A stretch of 62,013 bases of DNA, filler included, from Kipferlia bialata (GCA_003568945.1; 7 parts of 7 records of this genome joined end to end with filler, not necessarily neighbours in it), one strand, 5' to 3'; positions 39,468 to 53,714 are shown, counted from the first letter of the whole stretch. Numbers and translations are program-made. Notes: a model not told the origin generated them from the letters alone.

Positions 39468-41570
39468 TTATGGAAAGCCATACACCTCCTCCAGCGCTCT
39501 CTCGGTCAGTCTGATCACATACCCCCTGTCCACACATTCCCTGGAACCCTCGGCTATTATGCAGTATAGGGACTCTCGTGAATGTGCAGCTAGGATTGGC
39601 TTCCAGTCGTTGTTGTGGTATGACGGGTGCCAGTCCTCCCTCTCAGTCCCTAGCTCAAATGTGACATAGAGACATGTCAGCCTCCTGTCAATCTCGGCCC
39701 ATATCTCCTCCCTCTGGGTAAGGGGGTCCCTGGCCATTAGGTGGGCTATGTATGTGCCTGTCAGACGCACTCTGAAGAGGTGTCTGCCCAATGCGACACT
39801 GCCAGAGTGGGTTATCCCGTTGTATCTATAGTTGCTGCCTCTCTGGTAGGGGGTCAGGCCTGCAGGGTAGCCCGAAGTCCAGCGCCTGTCGATAGATACT
39901 TATTATTAAGTATCTAATAATAATACTTCACACACTGTATAGCTACTGCAGGTGTCAACCAAAGTTATGTCTCTTTTACATACTTAAGTCTCAATCCTTT
40001 GGATATATACACATATTGCAGTATATATATCATACTCTACCTAATGTGTATATCAGACCCGTCTGAGTGCTGGGGATCAAACGCCCATAGCGACTGCTTA
40101 GACCCTTTCTGCATCTCACACACGATGGTATCACCGACAACACACACATTCTCAGTGTAGCCCTCCGGGAACCACTCCCCCTTCTCTCTCGACCTAACCC
40201 CTATCTCTCTCCACTCCATAGTGTCTAATGGACACTCAAACACACGCATGCCGTGGACGTCGTAGTTGGGGTTCAACCACTGGTTGTAGCGACACCATCC
40301 GATATCTACGCGGCATATGTAGTAGACGCAGTTGCCCAGCAGAGCGGCAGCATGTGTATGGGTGCAAACCACCCGACGGGGAGCCGGGTCCACATCCTCA
40401 GCCCCTCTCATAGTGATGGGGTTGTAGACACCGGGTATCTCGACGAGAGAGAGAGGGTGTGGAATGCGTGTGCCTAGGTCCTCGTTAGCAACGTCGTAGA
40501 GGGTGTTGAGAGATGCGATACCCACGACATCAACCACCCTACAGTGACGCCTCTGTATGTACATCACGCTGCCACCCCCGAGCCCTACTACACAGGCCCC
40601 ACCCCGTACTAGCAGCTTGGAAGGTACCCTAGTTGCATAGGGCTCGTCATAACTGTACTCGGCTGGGGTCAGTGAAGTGTATCATACATTATACTGACGG
40701 CATGGAATACTAATGTATGGCGTATTCACATAACGTACCGTCTGCGGTGCTCTGGTAGAGACGTGTCAAGTGCCCTCTGTAACTCTGGTAAAGGGAGTGG
40801 GGAGTAGAGCTCTCCACGAAGACCTCACGTGTACAGCTCCCGTACCTACTGGGGTACCCTTCTCCCTCCATACCAGGGTACTCCTAGGGTCACGTAGAGG
40901 CAGACACACATATATATATGTATTACTACAAGGAATATGTGGCATAGCGGTGACTGCTGCAGTCACTGACTGCACTAACACATTTTAATGTCATCATTCT
41001 CCTACCTCTATTCCAGGGTACTCCTAGGGTCATGTAGAGACATACATATATATACTGCTACTATACACATAATGACGCTGGTATGGATACAAATACTATT
41101 TGCATTCCCCTGCCTCTGAACCAGGGTACATACCGCTGAGCGCAAGTATAATGGAATGATATTAGTATATGATACTGTTCTGTTGGCATCGTATCCATAT
41201 ACATTGTCTCTACAGTCGCTGTTTGTAACAGAAAACTGCAAGTGAAACAAAGATACACTGGGATAGAGAATGTACTTGTCATAGATTTCAGTGACACTGA
41301 TATGTATATACGTCAGTGATGGGGTGTTTACCTTCAACTTCCCCAGTGAACACCAGAATGCCTCGGATGATCTTGCTTTTGCCTGAAGCTTGTGATGTCC
41401 CTTGGCCCTCTTGCCAGTACCCGTCCGCTCCTCTCTCTCTCCCTCTCTCCTCTTTCTCATCCTCTTAGCAAGTGGTTGTATGGGGACAGTGTCAGTGTTA
41501 GTGTCTAACACTGATTCAGATGCTGTGGGAACGGCAGGATCACAGAGGTCACGCAGACTGGGTGACACTA
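39468..41570 (-). CDS. Kelch-like family protein (multi-exon; may extend to the contig end or be two genes)
   Basis: Blades include HTHAAALLGNCVY, VFECPLDTMEWREI, VCVVGDTIV and LWAFDP. The final ORF ends 39468. Confidence 0.5.
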
Positions 41571-42194
41571 GATAGTATCTACCGAGGTACTAAGCGAACA
41601 TAGAGTACTTAAAGCAATGACTTAATATACTGGATGTGTTGTATGTATCATTGAACAGAGATCCCATGATGTATAGACACACCCTCTTGGTCAGCATGAG
41701 CACTGATGCCTCATGTACCGTCTCTCTCTCTCTGTATAAATATATACACTATATGGTATTATATTAATAATATACCTTCTAGTGAGTATGAGCACTGATG
41801 CCTCATGCACCATCTCTGCTGTAGGCACATAGGACACAGGCACCTCAGNNNNNNNNNNNNNNNNNNNNNNNNNNNNNNNNNNNNNNNNNNNNTTAATTAA
41901 TTAANNNNNNNNNNNNNNNNNNNNNNNNNNNNNNNNNNNNNNNNNNNNTAGAGACTGGGGGTGGGGGTGCAGGAGATAGAGGGGATGGGGGTGTGGTGGA
42001 TGTGGAGAGGACACCCTCCTCCATGTCAAAGCTGGCTGGGTACTACTAGAGCAGGAATAGAACAGAGCTTCCATACTGAGATTATAGAGACTCTGCCAGG
42101 CTTAGTCTATTCTGCTGCAACTTACGTCTCTGTATTGTACTGTGTAGAAGGACAATCGGTTTGATACACACCACGGTGCCAGTTAGTAAATGAA

Positions 42195-43385
42195 TCAGTC
42201 CACATCTGTGTATATGTTGAACAGCTGTGGGTCTAGCTCCACCACGAGTGTTCTCTCCACCTGTAACACTAGCATGGTGGTGGGGTTGAGCATGCATGCC
42301 GATAAAACCATACCAGAGAATGGTAGGGGCTCATAGGACACTGCCTCGCCGGAGACCTTGTCGTACATATATACAGTGTACTCATCCGTGTTCTCAGCCT
42401 GGTCCCGGCTGTTCTCCGTCTCAAATAGACAGAGGTAGGGCCCGATATCCAACACACAGTCTAACACCCTGTCGTGAAAGTACACTGTTCTCTCGTATGT
42501 GATCTCTTCTGTCAACACTGCGCCTGGTGGCGACAGAGTTAGAGCGGCATCGGCAGTCACACTCAGTAGTGAGTCTATCTGCAGGCATAGACTCCTCCCC
42601 CTAAGTGTCATATCAGTGAGCTCCTCGGCGACATCAGATGGGATTGGTTCTCTGTGCCATGTTTCGTCCTCGAGATCCATAGTCCACAGGCTAGAGTTTA
42701 AGGTACCCCACTCCATTGGTGCTTCTTGCAGACCTGCGTTGCACCACTCAACCCCTCCAGCTAACACAATTGTCCCCTTCACTACACCGAATGAAGCACC
42801 CAGGAGTGGCTTCGGCCAGATGCCGTCTGAGACGGCCTCTCCCGTGTGCGTGAGTATATGCACAACACCGTCATCAGGGTCAAATGTATGTATTCTTACA
42901 TGTGATGGCTTCAGGACCCTAGCCTCTGTCTCATCACGCTTTCTAGAGAGAGTTACTGTTAACAGAATCGGTCTGTTGTCCCATTGGCTCCAGAGAGAGA
43001 GTGCAAACGTGTCAGATCCCTCTAGGACTCTGACAGGATCCGATACTTGGAGAGTGTGGGGGTCTACAACGAACCTGAGTGAAAGACATAGAACTGTTGT
43101 ATGCTGAGATATGTGAGCCATCGACATTGTTTGTATATAGTATAATCTCATTGAGATTTAATCTCAATACTCTTCGCAAGAAGAGAGAGAGTACTATAGG
43201 AGTTGGCCAAGATCCCGTATCTCAGAGTGTCTTGTGGATGTTACAATCTCATACCTGTCTACGGACCCGTTGCTCGTGACAGCAAGTACAGTGTTGTGGG
43301 AGAGTGTACAGACACTCATGTACGTGTCCGCAGTCTTGCCCATGATCGTTTCTGCACAGCTCAGATACCACGTCCCAAATACCAT
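42195..43385 (-). CDS. Kelch-like beta-propeller family protein
   Basis: A long exon contains SFGVVKGTIVLAGG, LWTMDLEDETW, IGPYLCLF and YMYDKVSGE. The upstream exon is MVFGTW...VCTLSHNTVLAV. Confidence 0.65.
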
Positions 43386-43971
43386 GGCTTCACTTCAGGC
43401 AAGAGTGACGTGGTGTCCTATGACTCTAATGCTTTCACCAATGTTGTAGAGTGCTTTCGTGAGCATGAAAGAGAGACTCATCTCACGATTATGGAGGAAC
43501 TAGCCTGTACTTGTATTGATATCCTCACAATAGACGAGTGTCTCTTTACAGGGAACTGTCAACTGAAACCCTCATGCTGATTGAAACTCTCAATTTGACA
43601 GTGTCGCAAGTCGACCCATCTGACCAGTAAATGGATAGGTTGAGAGAGTATATGTATAGAGATACACATATGGCTGTTTGTAACAGTCAACGGTTAGCAC
43701 GTTGGCGACTACTATCCTGTTCTCTCATACGGAGGAAAGATGTCAAGGGGCTGGAATGAACCCTTCGAGATGAATGTGATAATGTATATGTGATAGTAAA
43801 ACGAGATTGCACCCATAATTGAATTCTGAGTCTATCCTGCTCTTCAATACACTAGCGGGAACCTAAGATTGGAATGGATATTGTAGGAATATTCTCTGTC
43901 AGAGTCTCTGACTCAGAGTGCGAGTATTTACACTCTGTCATCGCAATTAGTTTGGTATTTGAGATCAATAT

Positions 43972-46900
43972 TTACTGAGCCTCACACAACAGTCCATCTG
44001 ACACCACCACTATCCCAACACGGAGTCTTTTGCCCAAACAATTATGAGCTCTTGCTGAGATCCACTGGTGCCCCTTCTGTGGGCACCTCACAGTCCAGGT
44101 GGAACATGAGGGTACAGGGTCTCTTCCGTACCTTCTGTCTAGGGTGTAAGAGTACACATAAAGCTCTGGAACCTATACATATGAAGTGAAAGAAAATCGT
44201 ATGTTGCAAACAAATATTGAGAGCAAGGAAATGTGGCCGGAAGAGTACATACTCACTAACCGCAGGGAAGCTCTGACATGACCCAATGCGACAAGAGCGC
44301 CAATAGTGGGTGGGTGCCACTCGTCAGACATAGAGGGTAGCATTGTGAAGTGCTCCAGCAGACCATGACCTGAGTGAGTATAACATAACATCTGTGCATA
44401 ATCGAAAACTTATCTCACTTCACTACACAGTAAGTGGTATATGAAAGATGTGAAGTGTTCCAGCAGACCATGACCTGAGTGAGTTAAATTACTAACAGCT
44501 GTGACACAGTCAAAGACTGATCAAAATATATGAAAGTATACAATACATCTGAGATACAAAATCACAGCAGCATACAGGTACTGCCGCCCACTATCGCACG
44601 TCTCATCAGTACCGGTATCAGTAGCTTCCTACTCATCATCTTACCTTTCAGCACTCTGTACTCCTCTGATACTGTGTCATACTCCACGTAAGGGTAGGTG
44701 TCACCTGCTAAGTGTGAGGCGTAGAGCCAGATATATAGTTAGCGAACCATTTTCTACCATATAGTCGACTCAAGAGGGACAGAAGAGGGCAAGTAGTAGA
44801 TATCGCAATTGAGCAATAGGATATATGCGCTCTAACATTCCTGTCCACACATGAACATCCATATGTACAATGGGACACCAATTCCCCACCTGTTCTTCTT
44901 CCAAATGGGTTGGGTATGAGTATGTGGTGCCCAGACACGGCACAGTAGACAGGGAAGATATATCCCCTACGACGTTGCCTGACAGCTCTATCCACATTCT
45001 GCAGCAGGTTATACTACTGTTAGCAACACAACTACAATAAGATACTAAATATATAGGAGTCCTCATAATCATGGCAAGTATAATAGAATATTGGTACTAT
45101 GACAGAGAAATCTCACCTCCCTTCTCTGCGACTTGAGCCATCCCCGTGAACTGTTGTATGACGCGACCCGTCCATCGGGAGTCCAGGGTGTAGAGCGTGT
45201 TTCCTACCTGTGCAACGATAGGGCGTCCAAAATTATCCAAAGAACGATCAAAGCTCCACTTGGCAGCTTCTGGGTCATATCTGGTATGTTATCGAGGGTA
45301 TGTCATTTCTATATCTAATATGAAATCTATATATTGTATGTTATCAATGTTAGTATTGTGACTTCACATAGAAACACACGAGACATGCAATCTCTCGTAA
45401 CAGAACACCATATGTGCGGATAGAGGCAAATTGGGTGACATTGGACCAACCTGACGACGACACCATGACGTTCAGAAAACATGACTAGTTGCCCATCTAA
45501 TACTCCACACAAAGGCCAGTATGGGAGTCTTCTGCGATGAGACGATGATACTTGTAAGAATAGAGGAAAGTATCTGGTTTTAGTGAATACCCTTTACTAT
45601 TTCCAGGCTACATAGAACAAACCAGGTATACATTATCCAAATTATCACTATATTTTAGTACTATATTCTACATATATATAGTTTCCCTATGCCGCTTTAC
45701 CTATCCATGTCACCTAGACACACTAGTTCCAAGGTGTCAAAGTGCAACCCAAACCTGGATAAGAAGATACGTGTCACATCATAGACAAATATTCATATAC
45801 AGATTTAGAAGAAACCAAGTCAAACCAGGTGTATCCGATTACAGCTATTGGTACATTTCATTCGGATCAAACGGACCACGGTCTCTGGCTGGTCTCAGTA
45901 GCTCCATGTAGACAACCCCTCCAATATGGCCAAGATAACTAGGGGTAAGAGAGTCTATCATACGAAGCTATACAATGAACGAGTGGATGCCAATAACTGT
46001 CTGGTTATGTACAGCTATATAGAGCTACACCGACATATCCAAAGTGTATGTCCATGGTACGGCCAATACAAAGTCACATAGCAAGTGTATCAGACACCAT
46101 AGGATATTGATGTACATACAGATATACCTCGCAAACTCCCTGGTGTCAGGCAACTCAATCCTCTCGCTGATCTCTAGCACTCTGCCCTCCTCCACGGAGT
46201 GCCTGTCGTTAGAAGTCATACAATATCACATGTCGTTAGAAGGCATAGACTAGTCGAGAATATAATACAGAATGTCATTAGAAGTCATACAATATCACAT
46301 TGAAGAATACAATGAAGAATGTAGGTAGGTAAGTGAGAGTAGAGGAATGACTCCTCCAAGGGGTGCCTGTCATTTGAAGTCATAGACTATAGTAGAGTAT
46401 ATAATGCAGAATGTAGGAAGGTACGTAGAGAATAGAGAGACGACTCTTCCACTCATTGTTAGTATAGAGGAACAGTTGATATTATGAGATTATAGTTTAG
46501 ACAATGGCTTGATATTTGTATTGGTATAGAGGGATGCACAGTAGGAAAAAGTGGGTAAAGAAAGACCAGAATCCATCTCCTACCCCACACAGACTACCGA
46601 AAGATGTATACTTCAATCAACTTGACATATGATTCATGTAATACATACACCACTTAAGCATTGCATGAGTACCCTACCTCACAACTGCCAGTGCCACAGG
46701 ACTATCGCCAATAGTAGCATCGTCCTCGTAGTATACCCAGAGTGTGTCATAGGGAGAGAGGGCAGCCACTGGCTTGCCAAGTCTCAGATATGGGGTGAAA
46801 GGCACAGAGGCAGATGCATATGACGGACACTATGATATATCTACATCATGCATGTATAAAATCACTGTACCTGGGTGCTCGAATGGTTTGGGCGTTGATA

Positions 46901-47114
46901 TACACGTGAACACAATATATGCATGTATCATTATATGGTACACAGTGAAGTATATATATCCCTTCAGCAATTGTATCTGAGTCCCTGTAGTATAGGTATA
47001 TATGAACATGTGGAAGTAAACGAGAATATTCATAATCTATCTACTGTACCCATGTGTAATATCCCTATATGTACCTGCTCCTTGACTACTGGTGTGGGTG
47101 TGGGTGTCACACAG

Positions 47115-47149
<35 letters not shown>

Positions 47150-47544
47150 AGTATATAGTATTATAGTACACCTATATAGATACCTTGCTCCTTGACTACA
47201 GCTATGGTCGTGGGTGTCACTGCCTCTCTCTCTGGGGCATAGGGACAGTCAGGGGAGTGCGTGTTGTGGATGCGAGTGACACCCTTCCTGGTGGACTACG
47301 GTGAGACAGTATGTGACTGAAGCAATATGTGTAAATACATGATATTGTATATATGTCATTGAGTAAGCGTACATATATGTATATATGTAAATATGATATA
47401 TTTGCTGTATATTATATACATATATATACATATTTACATCTTGTGTACCATCTTGTCTTATGTATACAACTTGTATTCCTTCTTGAACGCTGTCTGCCTG
47501 ACCGGTGTGTGTGTGCTAGACGGGTATATACACACACACACATG

Positions 47545-47585
<41 letters not shown>

Positions 47586-47814
47586 ATATACATACACACA
47601 TATATACATATATATATACATACACACACACACATATATATATACATATACATATATACATATATATACGTCTTGTTTGTCTTGCATACCTTCTTGAACG
47701 CTGTCAGCTTGACCGTGGTGTGTGTGCTAGACGGGCCATAGATACTACCAGCATAGATAGCATACCCTATCCGGCACTCTCCACATGAGGCACACACTAC
47801 GGTGGGGGTGCGGC
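43972..47814 (-). CDS. Zn-finger (C..C..NTHxxxC) + kelch-like protein, first exon missing; paralogue of 47975-52626; possibly disrupted
   Basis: Exons give [17 protein letters not shown]...[23 protein letters not shown], then [10 protein letters not shown] and [11 protein letters not shown]. Not all junctions could be phased. Confidence 0.5.
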
Positions 47815-47830
47815 CTAGGATAAGTAAACA

Positions 47831-47875
<45 letters not shown>

Positions 47876-47974
47876 GAGAGAAAGAGAGAGACAGAAGGCA
47901 CTACGGTGCGGCTTAGGATTAGAATGTATAGTGGAATATGCAAGTCTGGAGAACGAGAGAGAGAGAGAGATGCT

Positions 47975-48108
47975 ATGAGGGTAGGGTGCTGCCTGAGGCT
48001 ATTCACAATACCAAATGTAGTGTTAAGAGAATACGATATGTTGGGGGAAAGGGCTGTGTACATATAGTATAACGCCTAGCCCCCTGCCGAGGGTTATGAG
48101 GAGAGTGC

Positions 48109-48152
<44 letters not shown>

Positions 48153-50021
48153 TACCCAGCCTGCCGAGGGCTATGAGGACAGTGCCATCCCCGCTGACAT
48201 GTATATATATCCTATTACTAAATACATACCTACACCTAAGTATGTATATAGTATACTCTCTCTCTCTCTCTCTCACTTCCAGCCTCCTGAGGGCTATGAG
48301 GAGAGTGCCATCCCACCTGACATGTGGAGTGAGTACTACCCCACCTCTGACGCACTGGCAGGGGCTGTGTCTAAGGCAACGGGGAGGGACTGGGTGGTTA
48401 AAGGTATAGTGCTAGCACTAGTATATTGATATCCATAAGTACATGTGCTCATACTTGTATAGCCGAGGCAACGGGGAGGGACTGGGTGGTGATAGTTATT
48501 CTTTTATTGCTTATGAGTACATACATATGTTTGTATATGTATAGAGGTGCCATATGTATGTGTGGCCACAGGTTCAGAGTGTAGAGTAGAGTACTGTCAT
48601 ACATACATATGTTGATGCATGTGTAAGTAGTATTACACATTGGTATACAATTTCTCAACTATATGTATGCAAAAATGCTCTGTCAGACACTGCTCACTCA
48701 AGTCATACAGCTAAGATGTTTTAATGGTGCAATATCTATCGTGTCAATATACTAAGAATGCAGTGCATATATGTGTCTGTGAATGTGTCAAATGATCAGA
48801 CACTGTCCTCAAGTGTGCCTGTGCCGGTGTCCAATGCACATGCACAGTCAACATATCAAGGTTAGTCTCTCTCTCCCTATTCATTTTTAGGATTTATATA
48901 GTATATATATACTATATACTATATAGTATATATAGTATAATATATAGTATATATCAAGGTGCGGTGGTTGATATCTTCTTACTTCATGGATAGATATATA
49001 CTAGTAGATATGACACACTCACAGGTATTCATCATACATCAAGAAGAGACTCTATGGTTGTCACTCTACATTGGCAGCGATACCCTCTTGCCCTCTGTGT
49101 GTCTCCATAACTCTCATTACTCTATATGAATGTGTACATTCATTCATCTTCTCCCCCATGTCCCTGTATATAGATATCTGTATATAGCGCATATATATGA
49201 ATAACTGTATATATGTGCGATCGTTCGTACCCTCAGCAAGGGCAACAGGTACCTTCAGTCTTTTATATATATATATATATATATGACGTACATATATCTA
49301 TCGGATATGTTGCTACATAATATATACTTCCAATACTCTATAATGGAGTGTTGAAAACTCTCTGTTTGTGTCTGTTACCCCCAGCAAGGGCTGGCACATT
49401 ATGTCCTCTAGTTATGGACACTATTGATATATGTATCTGCATACTCTTATATGTCTGACCCCCAGCAAGGGCAAGGGCTGGCACCTCCTCTCCTTCAAGA
49501 AGGATGTGACACGGTCCCGGTGGAGAGACACCAACACTACAGTGTACAACACACACACCACCTCGTGTATCAACATGGTATGGAAATAGAGTCTCCACTA
49601 TGCATCAACGTATCTCACTTGTGGACTCTGCTCCTGCTGAAGTACAGGTATATATACACATATTCATATATATATATGTATATACAAATATTATACATAT
49701 ACTATGTATCATCTGACTTGTAGGCTCTGCTACCCCTGAAGTACACTGAGATACCCATCTACTCCGCCCCCCTCAAGTCACCTCGGTGCCCCATAGGGTA
49801 CGCCTCTCTCTCTCTCTCTCTCTGATATATCGATTCAATACTACGCATACTATTTGGTGTCTCTCAATTTCTCTTCCTCACAATGTTTCCAAGTCAATAC
49901 CACCCATATACAAACACTTACTAGATGTTCAACCAGGGGGAACACCTGATCCTGCTGCCAATGTATATGTACTTCATGTTGTCTTTAACTGCCCTCACCA
50001 ATATAGATATAGTAATGTATA

Positions 50022-50057
<36 letters not shown>

Positions 50058-52626
50058 TATCCGACCAATAGGTTCCAGAACGAAGACGGTCGCTGTGCAC
50101 TAGCTTTCCTGTCTCCCCACGAAGTTATGCTATCAGGTAATATTCATATATATACCCACAATGTCTTGACGTGTTGTGTGGGCTGAGAATACTGGGCTCT
50201 GTCCTCAATTGTCTCTCTCTCTCCACTCTTGACTCATCTCATGACATATTTGTACAGTACTGTATACTTGTATAATGGGATACACTATATCCGTTTGGGT
50301 CTTTGTGAGTGTGTTTCAACGTCAGGCAGCTTCAGTGCATCCTTCCCTGTCTCCGAGACCTCTAGAGACGTACATACTGACCCTAACCTAGAGTGCAAGG
50401 TGAAACACGCTATCAGTCTCTTTTGTGTACACTATCGAGTATCTCCAACAATCAGACACGCCACACTTGTAGTTGTTAGTCATGTAGTGTACCTTATAGC
50501 AGTCATGTTGCCACTCTTTGAAGTGTACCGTCTCTCATATCTCTCTACGTTTCAATCTATCTCTCATGCTCCTGACTCTTCAGGTCGACCCCTTCCCCAC
50601 CGGTCCTCTCTTTGGGAGTGGCAGAAGCGGGTTCTACCAGGTACGAATAGGATGCCTGACACCTGCCCGTATGATGCTTATGTTCATTACTATAGTAAGA
50701 ATAGTATTCAATAAATGCTATCCATATCTAATGGAGCAGCCAATGGCTACTAGCCATACAGTATATGCTGTATCAAGTCTCACATCTAGGTCGTAAATGG
50801 GCAGCTGTTCAGATACGACGAGTTTCTACGGAAGACTGATGGACTCATAAGGAGCCAGCTCTCTGTGATGGACATAGACACCAGGGAGTGGAGGGTCGTA
50901 CCAGACTCTGAAACAGCTCCACAGTGCAGGGCTAGACAGTACGTAGCAACACTTCTTATCTACATATATGCATGTCGAATATAGTAGATACAGATAGTAG
51001 ATACATGTAGTGCATGGTTACTAGGTCTAGTATGAGAAGAATCGTTAATACTGTTCACATAGTCGCCATTTCCGGTTCTCGTCTATATTTCCGTTGCCTC
51101 GTATTCCGTCTCACACAAGCTGCACCCTCTTCGCCTTGGACAATGACCTCTTCCTACTGGGTATGCACTTGGTGCCCAGTCCTCAGGCCACGGAAGAGAG
51201 ACGCCTCAGGTTGGAGAAGAAGGGAGTGACTGTGCCGGTTGAGCCAGTGGACAAGCTAGAGTGGGGTATGTGGCGGTTCCTCACAGAGTCCCACAGGTAG
51301 GGGCTGATTGCTGATAGCCACAAGCAGTGGCTCATCACTCTTGTCGTACCTTTGAATCAACAGACTCCATTCCAGCCTCACACCCGTATCTATATCTTGT
51401 GATGACACTGATAGTGATATTGACACCAGGTGGGTGGTGCTTCCTGCCATCCCACAACTGCCATTCGGCTCTCATAGGCACTGGAATAGTGGGGTACTTG
51501 GCTCATGTGTGGTGGTTGGGTCCCGTGTGTACGTGTTTGCGGACACTGATGTATACTCCTACTCTGCTACTGCTGGGGGCACCGGAGAGAGAGAGAGAGA
51601 GGTAGAGAGAGATGAGGGAGACTCAAGTGATGGAGACTGTAGTCAGGGAGAGAGAGGGGACGAGAGTGAGACTGATAGTCAGGGCCCTTCGGATGAGGAG
51701 AGCGGTGAGGCCTGGGGAGAGACACAGGAGACAAACTCCCCAATGGACGTAGACGAGTCAGGGGGAGAGAGAGAGATGGAGCCGGATGGTGTGCCTGCTG
51801 GGCAGTGGGTGAAAGAGGCTGACAACCCAGGTCGTTGCAATGCCATGATTGCAGTGGGACAGTACATCTTCAATCACCCTGGGACCACTGCCAGAGATGG
51901 AGTACTCCACGTAAGTACCACTCTAATATGAGAATTTTCTCTACATGTATTCTCCCGAGGGCTCTAACATCTAACATGTGTGACTTAGACACAACTTGTG
52001 TTTTAGTCATATTGACTCTCAGGTGTTTGACACTGTGACTGGCGTGTGGTCCAGTGACCTCAGGGGTATCTTTGGGGACTGCAACGGGGTGTACACTACA
52101 CGCACAGACATGAATCCCTCCCTGGCTGCCAGATCTAAGGTGGGGAGCAGCATGACGACATGTATATATATGTGAATAGTAGATACTGTATAGTAGATAA
52201 TGTATAGTAGATACTGTACAGTAGACATTGTATAGTAGATATTGTATTGTCTATATATATTGTATATCCCAGGACTAGTATGATACTGATACTAAGGTGG
52301 GTACCAGCATGACGACATGTGTATATATGTGTAGTCGATTGTGTATTGTCTATATTGTATAGTCTAGGACTAGTATGATACTGATACTGAGGTGGGGACC
52401 AACATGACGACATGTGTATATATGTGTAGTCGATTGTGTATTGTCGATTTTGTATAGTCTAGGACTAGTATGATACTGATACTAAGGTGGGTAGCAGCAT
52501 GACGACATATATATGTATATATAATATAGTAGATAGTATCATACTATGATACTGATACTAAAGGTGGGTACCAACATGACGACACTGAGGGTGCTGCAGG
52601 TGGACACGGCCTTCCCAACAGTGTAG
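47975..52626 (+). CDS. WRKY/GCM1(MULE)-like Zn finger fused to kelch-like propeller
   Basis: In-frame splicing of 48283-48403, 48800-48860, 49466-49577 and following exons gives YYPTSDALAGAVSKATGRDWVVKDTVLKCACAGVQCTCTVNISSKGKGWHLLSFKK...YNTHTTSC. Kelch-like blades follow (MDIDTREW, SCVVVGSRVYVF, FDTVTGVW). TAG at 52624-52626. The start is uncertain. Confidence 0.65.
52134..52585 (+). repeat. Five tandem copies of CTAAG|GTGGG-A-CA[GA]CATGACGACA spanning an exon junction
   Basis: Copies at about 52135, 52292, 52387, 52482 and 52558. Confidence 0.85.
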
Positions 52627-53073
52627 GGGGTGTGAGGGCAGAACACTGAAGGAGGGGGACACTGCTTTCCCAGCAGTGTAGCTGGTATCTGGTGTAGTGC
52701 CTCCCTACACTCTAGAAGCTGGAGTGAATGGAAGGGTACTCGCCACTTGACAGGGGGCATGAGTATTACTGGACCTAGTAGGCTCCATCACTACAAATTC
52801 ATTCAGGCGACAAACCCTTGTATATATAACATAGCATACAAGGATATTGAGATGAATAGAGTATCAGTAAGAGGGAAAGGTCTTCAATTCAACTATAGAC
52901 TCTTAGCGTTGCCACACTCACTCTATTCTTTGATATCTATTGCTGAAACTCAATATAATATGTATGTATATATGCTAATAACTTATCACACTCCACGCCC
53001 TCTCCAAAGACAGAGAGATAATACTTGGAATCTCTCCCCTTCAGAGAGTGCACTAGGTGTACACTTAGGAATC

Positions 53074-53494
53074 TCAGTGGCCACCGTGTGTCGACTTGAG
53101 CTTCTTCCTGTACGCCTCGAAGCCACCCTGGGGGTGAGTATTCAGAAGTGTAAGAGGAAGGTATATGTAAGTATATACATATATAGTATTATATAAATAT
53201 ACACTTCCTGTAGGCCTCGAAGCCACCCTGGGAGTTAATACCCAATACCTACATATACAATTACACACTCTATACATGAATTTGTATCCGGACACACACA
53301 CACACACACATATATATATATCTGTGTACAATACCTCGAACTGGAACACCCTGTGTCCCTCGGTGACCCAAAGCTCATCGCATCTCTCTCTCTCTCTCTA
53401 TATATATACCACCATTAATATACACACTATATATAGTTACTATATATACCTCGAACTGGAACACCCTGTGTCCCTCGGTGACCCAGAGCTCATC

Positions 53495-53500
<6 letters not shown>
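53074..53500 (-). CDS. ABC-F family ATPase, extreme 3' end
   Basis: CDELWVTEGHRVFQFE|GGFEAYRKKLK...* matches the ABC-F C-terminal ELWV...GxFxxY pattern. Both exon pieces are duplicated. Confidence 0.65.
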
Positions 53501-53540
<40 letters not shown>

Positions 53541-53714
53541 ATATATATATATATNNNNNNNNNNNNNNNNNNNNNNNNNNNNNNNNNNNNNNNNNNNNTT
53601 AATTAATTAANNNNNNNNNNNNNNNNNNNNNNNNNNNNNNNNNNNNNNNNNNNNTGTGGGAGGTGTGGGGGGGGGGGGGGGGGGGGGGGGGAGGAGGAGG
53701 AGCAAACGCAATTA

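Noticed and set aside
47353..47833. YIYI/SLSL/THTH-rich ORFs here and throughout
   Set aside because: They are translations of (TA)n, (CT)n and (CA)n intronic microsatellites.
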